A stretch of DNA of 64,000 nucleotides from Alistipes sp. (GTDB taxonomy: Bacteria > Bacteroidota > Bacteroidia > Bacteroidales > Rikenellaceae): the NCBI GenBank assembly GCA_045648965.1, contig JAZRPA010000026.1, positions 9,451 through 73,450 of the forward strand. The letters run 5' to 3'. The translations under genes were made by a program, and so were the position numbers. A model generated the notes under the pieces. It saw nothing but the letters and a program-made list of their open reading frames with translations. It had not been told where the DNA came from and searched no databases. This document shows positions 1 to 6,857 of the stretch, piece by piece (the first letter of the stretch is position 1; every line of letters starts with the position of its first letter).

Positions 1-1
1 C

Positions 2-1201
2 GAGTTCAAGGAGTTGAAGAACATCGACAAAGCAACAATGATTGGTGTGTTGGAGGATGTATTCCGTCACGCATTGCAGAAGCAGTATGGCACTGACGAG
101 AATTTCGACATCATCATCAACGACGACAAGGGTGACCTCGAGATTTGGCGCAACCGCGAGGTTGTAGCAGACGAGGACTTCACCGATGAGGCTACACAGA
201 TTTCGCTTTCGGACGTATTGAAGATTGACGATTCGTACGAGGTAGGCGACGAGTACACCGACGAGATTCCATTCTCGGCATTCGGTCGTCGTGCTGTATT
301 GTCGTTGCGTCAAAACCTCGCATCGCGCATCTTCGACCTCGAGAACGCAGGTATCTTCGAGGATTACACTTCGAAGGTTGGCGAGTTGATCTCGGGTGAG
401 GTTTACCAGGTTTGGAAGCGCGATATGCTTATCCTCGACGAGGAGGAGAACGAGTTGGTAATGCCTAAGAGCGAGCAGATTCCTAACGACTTCTACCGCA
501 AGGGCGATACCATCAAGGCTATCATCAAGAGCGTAGAGATGGTTAACAACAAGCCACGCATTATACTTTCGCGTACAGCCAATCTCTTCCTCGAGAAGTT
601 GTTCGAGCAGGAGGTTCCTGAGATTTCGGACGGCCTTATCACAATCAAGAAGATTGCTCGTATCCCAGGTGAGCGTGCGAAGGTTGCAGTTGAGTCGTAC
701 GACGACCGCGTAGATCCGGTAGGAGCTTGCGTAGGTGTTAAGGGTGCTCGTATCTACACCATCGTAAAGGAGTTGCGTAACGAGAATATCGACGTTATCC
801 AGTACACTGCAAACACTTCGTTGCTTATTCAGCGTGCTTTGGCACCTGCAAAGGTTTCGTCAATCACCGTTGACGAGGAGAAGAATACCGCACAGGTATA
901 CCTCCAGCCAGACCAGGTTTCGTTGGCTATCGGTAAGGGCGGTCTCAATATCCGTCTTGCAAAGCTCCTCACAGGCTTCGACATCGACGTATTCCGCGAG
1001 TTGGACGAGGAGGACGTAGCACTCACCGAGTTCGCAGACGAGATCGAGGGCTGGATTATCGACACGCTCCACAACATGGGTTGCGACACCGCAAAGAGCG
1101 TACTCGAGATGAGCGCAGAGGTGTTGGCTAAGCGTGCCGACCTCGAGATTGAGCAGGCCGAGAAGATCATCGAGATCTTGAAGGCTGAGTTCGAGGAGTA
1201 A
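2..1201 (+). CDS. nusA: Transcription termination/antitermination factor NusA (5' end outside window)
   Basis: Frame open from base 2 (EFKELKNIDK...). S1 and KH motifs (RIPGERAKVAV, VGACVGVKGARI, SLAIGKGGLNIRLA). Directly upstream of infB. Confidence 0.97.
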   Translation, partial: EFKELKNIDKATMIGVLEDVFRHALQKQYGTDENFDIIINDDKGDLEIWRNREVVADEDFTDEATQISLSDVLKIDDSYEVGDEYTDEIPFSAFGRRAVLSLRQNLASRIFDLENAGIFEDYTSKVGELISGEVYQVWKRDMLILDEEENELVMPKSEQIPNDFYRKGDTIKAIIKSVEMVNNKPRIILSRTANLFLEKLFEQEVPEISDGLITIKKIARIPGERAKVAVESYDDRVDPVGACVGVKGARIYTIVKELRNENIDVIQYTANTSLLIQRALAPAKVSSITVDEEKNTAQVYLQPDQVSLAIGKGGLNIRLAKLLTGFDIDVFRELDEEDVALTEFADEIEGWIIDTLHNMGCDTAKSVLEMSAEVLAKRADLEIEQAEKIIEILKAEFEE

Positions 1202-1204
1202 TAG

Positions 1205-1249
1205 GGGCTACGCCCAAAATGCAAAATGCAGAATGCAGAATGCAGAATT
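1205..1249 (+). repeat. Small hairpin GGGCTACGCCC plus heptamer tandem array (AATGCAR x4)
   Basis: gggctacgccc, then AATGCAA, AATGCAG x3, AATT at 1218-1249. Confidence 0.85.
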
Positions 1250-1300
1250 AAAATTGGTCAATTGGCCAACATTGTTGAATAAGTAAAGAAAAGATAGATA

Positions 1301-3976
1301 ATGGGAAACGATAAGAAGATACGCCTTATACGAGTTGCAAAGGAGTTTAACGTTGGTTTGAACACCATCACAGACTTCTTGCACCGCAAGGGCATCGAGA
1401 TTGACTCGTCGCCGAACACACAGATTGACGCCGACACCTACGCCGTTTTGGAGAAGGAGTATGGCAAGAATCGTCCTAGCGGTAACGAGCTCGACTCTGT
1501 TCGCGAGAAGATAAACAAGAAACCATCAGTAAGCATCGAGCCTGAGGCTAAGCCAAAGAAGGAGAAGCGCGTAATCGAGGTTAAGGAGGAGGTTGTACAG
1601 CCTAAGATCATCGGTAAGATTGACCTCGAGCCTAAGAAGAAGGTTGAGGTGGCACCAGAGCCAAAAGTTGAGCCTAAAGTAGAGGCACCGAAGGTGGAGT
1701 CTCCGAAGGTAGAGGCTAAGCCCGCACCACAGCCAAAGGCAGAGGAGCCAAAAGTTGTAGCAGAGGTAAAGGAGGAGCCTAAGAAGCAGGATGTATTCCG
1801 TGCTACCGAGGCACCTACCCTCGCGGGCCCACAGATTCTCGGCACAATGGACGTTTCGGGAATGGTTGCAGGTGGCAAGCGTCACCGCAAGCGTTTGGAG
1901 AAGGCTAAGGTCGATATTTCGAAGCAGCAGAACAACGCTCCAAAGGGCGAGAAGGGTCAGCAGAATGACAAGAATAAGTTCAACAAGCAGAACAATAACC
2001 AGAACCAGCAGAACCAGGGCGGTGGCAAGAAGAACAAGCAGAAGCCACAGCCAAAGCCAATCATTCGTCCGGAGGTGAGCGATGAGGAGGTTTCGAAGCA
2101 GGTGAAGGATACCTTGGCACGTTTGACTGCCAAGGGTGCAAAGAATAAGGGCGCGAAGTACCGTCGTGAGAAGCGCGAGGAGGTACGTGAGCGTATGAAT
2201 GAGGCTTTCGAGCAGGAAGCAGCAGAGAAGAAGATCCTCAAGGTTACCGAGTTCGTAACCGTAAGTGAGGTGGCAACAATGATGAACATCTCGCCTATGG
2301 AGGTTATCTCAGCATGTATGAACCTCGGCTTGATGGTATCTATCAACCAGCGTCTCGACGCTGAGGCCTTGGTTGTAGTTGCTGAGGAGTTTGGTTTCTC
2401 GGTTGAGTTCGTATCGGCAGAGATTCAGGAGGCTATCAACGATGAGGAGGCAGATACTGCAGAGGATTTGCTCCCACGTCCGCCAATCGTAACCGTAATG
2501 GGTCACGTAGACCACGGTAAGACATCGTTGCTCGACAACATTCGTAAGACAAACGTTACTGCAGGCGAGGCGGGAGGTATCACCCAGCACATCGGTGCAT
2601 ACTCGGTGAACCTCAATGGTCAGAAGATTACATTCCTCGATACTCCGGGTCACGAGGCGTTTACAGCGATGCGTGCGCGTGGTGCTAAAATTACCGACGT
2701 TGCCATCATCATCGTTGCAGCGGACGACCGTGTGATGCCACAGACTGTCGAGGCTATCAACCACGCACAGGCTGCGGGTGTACCAATGGTATTTGCAATT
2801 AACAAGATCGATAAGCCACAGGCTAACCCTGACCACATCAAGGAGCAGCTCTCGCAGATGAATCTCCTCGTGGAGGATTGGGGCGGTAAGTACCAGAGCC
2901 AGGACGTTTCGGCAAAGCAGGGTCTCAACCTCGACAAGTTGCTCGAGAAGGTGCTCCTCGAGGCCGAGATGCTCGACTTGAAGGCTAACCCTAACAAGAA
3001 GGCCAAGGGTACCGTTATCGAGTCTACATTGGATAAGGGTCGTGGTTACGTTTCGACCGTTCTCATTCAGGAGGGTACACTCCACATCGGTGATGTAATC
3101 CTCTCAGGTATCTACACCGGTCGTGTTAAGGCTATGTTCGACGAGAATGGTAAGAAGGTTACCGAGGCAGGCCCTTCGACACCTGTACAGTTGCTCGGTC
3201 TCAACGGTGCTCCACAGGCGGGTGATTCGATTAACGTGATGGACGATGACCGCTCGGCTCGTGAGATTGCAAACAAGCGTGAGCAGTTGCAGCGTATGCA
3301 GGGTATCATGACCCAGAAGCATGTAACACTCGATGAGATTGGTCGTCGTATCGCTATCGGCTCGTTCAAGGAGTTGAACATCATCGTTAAGGGTGACGTG
3401 GACGGTTCGGTTGAGGCTATGTCGGGCTCGCTCATCAAGCTCTCGAAGGAGACCGTTCAGGTTAACGTTATCCACGCTGCGGTAGGTCAGATTTCGGAGA
3501 GCGACGTATTGCTCGCTGCTGCTTCGAACGCTATCATCGTAGGTTTCCAGGTACGTCCATCGGCTGCGGCACGTAAGGTTGCCGAACAGGAGGAGATCGA
3601 GATTCGTCTCTACTCTATCATCTACGACGCTATCAACGATATCAAGGATGCTATCGAGGGTATGTTGGAGCCTGTGATGAAGGAGGAGATTGTATGTTCG
3701 ATCGAGGTACTCGAGACCTTCAAGATTTCGAAGGTTGGCACTATCGCCGGAGGTATTGTGCGTGAGGGTAAGATTACCCGCAACACTCCAGTCCGCGTAA
3801 TTCGTGACGGTATCGTTATCCACACCGGTCGCTTGGGCTCGTTGAAGCGCTTCAAGGACGATGTTAAGGAGGTTACTTCGGGTATGGATTGCGGTTTGAA
3901 CATCGAGTCGTACAACGATATCAAGATTGGCGATATCATCGAGGGATACGAGCAGGTTGAGGTAAAGCGCAAGTAG
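1301..3976 (+). CDS. infB: Translation initiation factor IF-2
   Basis: G-domain motifs [20 protein letters not shown]; long Lys/Pro/Glu-rich N-terminus; 891 aa. Confidence 0.99.
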   Translation: MGNDKKIRLIRVAKEFNVGLNTITDFLHRKGIEIDSSPNTQIDADTYAVLEKEYGKNRPSGNELDSVREKINKKPSVSIEPEAKPKKEKRVIEVKEEVVQPKIIGKIDLEPKKKVEVAPEPKVEPKVEAPKVESPKVEAKPAPQPKAEEPKVVAEVKEEPKKQDVFRATEAPTLAGPQILGTMDVSGMVAGGKRHRKRLEKAKVDISKQQNNAPKGEKGQQNDKNKFNKQNNNQNQQNQGGGKKNKQKPQPKPIIRPEVSDEEVSKQVKDTLARLTAKGAKNKGAKYRREKREEVRERMNEAFEQEAAEKKILKVTEFVTVSEVATMMNISPMEVISACMNLGLMVSINQRLDAEALVVVAEEFGFSVEFVSAEIQEAINDEEADTAEDLLPRPPIVTVMGHVDHGKTSLLDNIRKTNVTAGEAGGITQHIGAYSVNLNGQKITFLDTPGHEAFTAMRARGAKITDVAIIIVAADDRVMPQTVEAINHAQAAGVPMVFAINKIDKPQANPDHIKEQLSQMNLLVEDWGGKYQSQDVSAKQGLNLDKLLEKVLLEAEMLDLKANPNKKAKGTVIESTLDKGRGYVSTVLIQEGTLHIGDVILSGIYTGRVKAMFDENGKKVTEAGPSTPVQLLGLNGAPQAGDSINVMDDDRSAREIANKREQLQRMQGIMTQKHVTLDEIGRRIAIGSFKELNIIVKGDVDGSVEAMSGSLIKLSKETVQVNVIHAAVGQISESDVLLAAASNAIIVGFQVRPSAAARKVAEQEEIEIRLYSIIYDAINDIKDAIEGMLEPVMKEEIVCSIEVLETFKISKVGTIAGGIVREGKITRNTPVRVIRDGIVIHTGRLGSLKRFKDDVKEVTSGMDCGLNIESYNDIKIGDIIEGYEQVEVKRK

Positions 3977-3990
3977 TGCGTTTTACCTTG

Positions 3991-4029
3991 AATGCAAAAT
4001 GCAAAATGCAAAATGCAGAATTCAAAATT
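3991..4029 (+). repeat. Heptamer tandem array (AATGCAA x3, AATGCAG, AATTCAA)
   Basis: Read directly; same unit as 1218-1249. Confidence 0.85.
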
Positions 4030-4063
4030 AAATCATAAATAACCTAAAACAAACAAAAAAGCT

Positions 4064-5377
4064 ATGGCAATTAAATTTGTTACTCCGGAAGAGGCCGTAA
4101 AGGCGATTAAGTCGGGTGATCACATTCACCTTTCGTCGGTTGCTTCGGCACCGCAGTGCTTGATTAAGGCTATGTGCGAGCGTGGTCGCGCAGGCGAGTT
4201 GAAGGACGTTCACATTCACCACCTCCACACCGAGGGTCCTGCACCATACGCAGAGCCTGAGTTCGAGGGTGTATTCCAGCTCGATTCGTTCTTCGTAGGT
4301 GGCAACGTACGTAAGACAACCCAGGCAGGCTATGCTGACTATATTCCAATCTTCTTGAGCGAGACTCAGAAGTTGTATCGTTCGGGTGCAGTACCTTGTA
4401 ACGTGGCTATGATTCAGGTTTCTACCCCTGACCAGCACGGCTATGTTTCGCTCGGTACTTCGGTAGACGCTACCCTCGCAGCTGTTGAGTGCGCCGACAC
4501 CGTAATCGCAGTTATCAACAAGTATGTTCCACGTGCTTGGGGTGATGCTATGATTCACTCGTCGAAGATTGACATCTTCGTTCAGGACGACCAGCCACTC
4601 GAGGAGGCACACTTCTCGGAGCCAAACGAGGTTGAGGTTAAGATTGGTAACCTCTGCGCAGGTCTTATCGAGGACGGTGCAACCTTGCAGATGGGTATCG
4701 GCGCTATTCCTAACGCCGTACTCGCACAGCTCGGCAACCACAAGAACCTCGGTATCCACACCGAGATGTTCGCTGATGGCGTTCTCCCTCTCGTTGAGAA
4801 GGGCGTAATCAATGGCGAGGCTAAGAATATCGATAAGGGTAAGATGGTTTCGACCTTCTTGATGGGTTCGCAGAAGGTTTACGACTTCATCAACGACAAC
4901 CCAGGCGTATTGATGATGGACGTAGGCTACACCAACGATCCATTCATCATCGCAAAGAACGACCGCGTAACAGCTATCAACTCGGCTTTGCAGGTTGACT
5001 TGACAGGTCAGGTTTGCGCTGACTCACTCGGTCGCAAGTTCTACTCGGGCGTAGGTGGTCAGATCGACTTTATCTATGGTGCATCGTTGTCGAAGGGCGG
5101 TAAGGCAATCATCGCTATGCCTTCAATCACCAACAAGGGTGTTTCGAAGATTTCGGACGTTCTCACCGAGGGTGCTGGTGTTGTTACTACTCGTAACCAC
5201 ATCCACTGGTTCGTAACCGAGAATGGTGCTGTTGATTTGTATGGCAAGAGCTTGCAGGAGCGTGCTCGCCTTATCATTTCGGTGGCTCACCCATCGGCTC
5301 AGGAGGCTCTCGACGAGGCAGCGTTCAACCGCTACGGAAGTCATCACCACTATATTAAGGGGTATATGAAAAAGTAA
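4064..5377 (+). CDS. Acetyl-CoA hydrolase/transferase family protein (4-hydroxybutyrate CoA-transferase-like)
   Basis: Motifs LQMGIGAIP, HTEMFADG, NSALQVDLTGQV, SGVGGQIDF; 437 aa. Confidence 0.88.
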   Translation: MAIKFVTPEEAVKAIKSGDHIHLSSVASAPQCLIKAMCERGRAGELKDVHIHHLHTEGPAPYAEPEFEGVFQLDSFFVGGNVRKTTQAGYADYIPIFLSETQKLYRSGAVPCNVAMIQVSTPDQHGYVSLGTSVDATLAAVECADTVIAVINKYVPRAWGDAMIHSSKIDIFVQDDQPLEEAHFSEPNEVEVKIGNLCAGLIEDGATLQMGIGAIPNAVLAQLGNHKNLGIHTEMFADGVLPLVEKGVINGEAKNIDKGKMVSTFLMGSQKVYDFINDNPGVLMMDVGYTNDPFIIAKNDRVTAINSALQVDLTGQVCADSLGRKFYSGVGGQIDFIYGASLSKGGKAIIAMPSITNKGVSKISDVLTEGAGVVTTRNHIHWFVTENGAVDLYGKSLQERARLIISVAHPSAQEALDEAAFNRYGSHHHYIKGYMKK

Positions 5378-5406
5378 TCGGAATACCGAGACTTATCGTA
5401 TATGCA

Positions 5407-5434
5407 AAGCCTTCCCAATCGGGAGGGCTTTTTT
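5407..5434 (+). terminator. Intrinsic terminator
   Basis: Stem AAGCCTTCCC / GGGAGGGCTT followed by a T run, 30 nt after the stop codon. Confidence 0.85.
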
Positions 5435-5439
5435 CTTGG

Positions 5440-5632
5440 CTTTTAGCTATTAGCTTTTTAGCGCAGCATAATGGCATGCGCTCCCGTTGGTCGCTGAATG
5501 GCAACAAATGGCAATCGCTCGTTACACTCGCTGAATGACAAAGCGCCCGTCATTAAGCACTCCTTTGGAGTGCGCTGCCATTAAATGCCATTAAGGGCGA
5601 AAGCCCAAATGCCATTCAATGCCATTTTTGGC
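5440..5632. repeat. Composite palindromic element A (AATGGCA left arm, TGCCATT right arm, internal hairpins)
   Basis: AATGGCA at 5470, 5497, 5507; AATGACA at 5534; CGTCATT at 5548; TGCCATT at 5576, 5586, 5610, 5620; hairpins GCACTCC-TTT-GGAGTGC and GGGC-GAAA-GCCC. Confidence 0.85.
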
Positions 5633-5641
5633 GCACACCTC

Positions 5642-5676
5642 TTGCTCAATCAAAAATAATTTTCTAAATTTGTAGT
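5642..5676 (+). promoter_or_regulatory. Bacteroidota sigma-A promoter of the AT-rich island
   Basis: TTG at 5642 and TAAATTTG (TAnnTTTG) at 5665-5672. Confidence 0.7.
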
Positions 5677-5932
5677 GCAATCCTCAGATTGCAGACATAT
5701 TATTAGTGAAAGTGTTTCGCTAATCCTTTGTAGTGAAATTTGGCGATTTTATAAGCATAAGGATAAGCAACAGCACTCAACACCGCATTTGGTATATCAT
5801 TTTCTACATATACCATTCGGTGTGAGGTATTGTTTATTTATGCTTGGGCCACGCCAAATGCCTACTACTTGATAAACGAACTGCCTCACACTTTCTTTTT
5901 ATATTAACTGCTCGTTCGAGGTAGGTGGGCAA
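5676..5932 (+). ncRNA. Putative structured 5' leader or ncRNA of unknown family
   Basis: Complementary segments found by eye: hairpins at 5676-5693 and 5702-5724; a long nested stem at 5739-5858 (TTTGGCG/CGCCAAA, AAGCATAA/TTATGCTT, CACCG/CGGTG, TGGTATAT/ATATACCA); another stem at 5860-5930. Confidence 0.45.
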
Positions 5933-5949
5933 ACAAAAAAAAATATATT

Positions 5950-6210
5950 ATGGGAAGACATCACGACAACTGTGTCTCAATGATTTTTTTTCTACCAATA
6001 TATATATGCCTTTGGGGCGTTGAGATTGGTATTAAAATAGCAGGAACTTGTGGAATAGCAATCCTTGCAATCTTATGGGTAATATTAGGCATGCCTCTAT
6101 ATCTCTTGATAGATTTATTCGGAGGAGATGCGAAAGATGGCTGGAATTATGGAGATTCTCTTCTTCATATGTTGGATGCCTTGTGGAGTTCAAACATTTT
6201 TATAAAGTAA
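5950..6210 (+). CDS. Hypothetical small membrane protein (86 aa)
   Basis: A-rich initiation region before the ATG; long hydrophobic stretch; AT-rich coding; no family recognised. Confidence 0.55.
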   Translation: MGRHHDNCVSMIFFLPIYICLWGVEIGIKIAGTCGIAILAILWVILGMPLYLLIDLFGGDAKDGWNYGDSLLHMLDALWSSNIFIK

Positions 6211-6219
6211 TACCGTAGT

Positions 6220-6573
6220 ATGAAAGCAAATGTAAGAAATGGATTGACTATTCGTGATTTAAAAGACGAGCTTTTTACAACTAGTCGCTGGAAAAAATTT
6301 GTTTATTTTGCAGCAATCTATAGTTGGGATGATGTTGCTGGTCCCCCGATTGAGAAAGTTATCAAGACGGAGTACAATGGTAAGGTTGTTGCTGCTTTAG
6401 TTTATAGTCTAAAAAGAGGCGGAGAAGATTTAACTGCTAATGATGTACAAACTGCTCTAACATGGTTAGGTGTACCTGAACACACCGAGGTTGTTCTTCT
6501 TGATAAGGACAATTCCACCATAAGTTATGTTAAGAAAGTGTATAGTTGTTTGGATATGATATTTCTATACTGA
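6220..6573 (+). CDS. Hypothetical protein (117 aa)
   Basis: ATG 9 nt after the previous stop; followed by hairpin and terminator; no family recognised. Confidence 0.6.
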   Translation: MKANVRNGLTIRDLKDELFTTSRWKKFVYFAAIYSWDDVAGPPIEKVIKTEYNGKVVAALVYSLKRGGEDLTANDVQTALTWLGVPEHTEVVLLDKDNSTISYVKKVYSCLDMIFLY

Positions 6574-6617
6574 TTTATGTAAATAAGTTATCCATTAGAG
6601 TACAATATATTAAAAGC

Positions 6618-6647
6618 TATATGAAGAAATAGCGATTTCTTCATATA
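6618..6647. repeat. Perfect 13-bp inverted repeat
   Basis: TATATGAAGAAAT-AGCG-ATTTCTTCATATA. Confidence 0.85.
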
Positions 6648-6650
6648 ATC

Positions 6651-6680
6651 ACAAAGACCTTCCATTCGGGAGGTCTTTGT
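6651..6680 (+). terminator. Intrinsic terminator of the island ORFs
   Basis: ACAAAGACCTTCC-ATTC-GGGAGGTCTTTGT. Confidence 0.75.
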
Positions 6681-6699
6681 TGCTTTCGGCATCAAAGAA

Positions 6700-6777
6700 A
6701 ATTTAAGGAATTTAGGGAATATAGAGAATTTAATGAGTCTATTCTAATTTCTTTAATCTCCCTAAACTCTCTAAATT
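6700..6777. repeat. Element C: inverted array of 9-mers (4 + 4)
   Basis: AATTTAAGG AATTTAGGG AATATAGAG AATTTAATG, then TTCTAATTT CTTTAATCT CCCTAAACT CTCTAAATT. Confidence 0.75.
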
Positions 6778-6799
6778 CACTATTAAATAAATTGTCTCT

Positions 6800-6823
6800 C
6801 TACTCACTACTCACTACTCACTA
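6800..6823. repeat. Heptamer tandem array (CTACTCA x3)
   Basis: Read directly. Confidence 0.85.
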
Positions 6824-6853
6824 AAAAAGCCTTCCACTATAGGAAGGCTTTTT
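6824..6853 (-). terminator. Terminator of the uxa operon (bidirectional form)
   Basis: AAAAAGCCTTCC-ACTATA-GGAAGGCTTTTT next to the uxaA stop. Confidence 0.85.
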
Positions 6854-6857
6854 AAAA

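Noticed and set aside
1600-2080. Repetitive [10 protein letters not shown] and Q/N-rich stretches in IF-2
   Set aside because: A low-complexity, variable N-terminal linker is normal for IF-2.
2309-3823. Long antisense ORFs opposite infB, and similar ones at 4028-4759, 6912-8357, 8621-9838, 16208-17419, 26300-27415, 38128-39867, 40463-41593, 42606-43748, 57713-58912
   Set aside because: They mirror conserved genes codon for codon. The host rarely uses TTA/CTA/TCA codons, so the opposite strand lacks stops. The translations are Leu/Val/Arg-rich with no recognisable motifs.
5440-5632. Possible CRISPR array (also considered for 15484-15653, 26002-26160, 42344-42560)
   Set aside because: Units are 7-10 bp or mirrored, there are no unique 30-40 bp spacers between constant repeats, and no cas genes are present.
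5675-5872. 65-aa GTG-start ORF in the island leader
   Set aside because: It starts essentially at the predicted TSS with a non-ATG codon and overlaps strong stems. A leader peptide cannot be excluded, but nothing supports it.
6227-6234. Minus-strand TAnnTTTG (TACATTTG) that could drive an antisense RNA over the small membrane ORF (type I TA-like)
   Set aside because: A six-fixed-base motif is expected by chance in ~1 kb of AT-rich DNA; I found no supporting -33 element or terminator.
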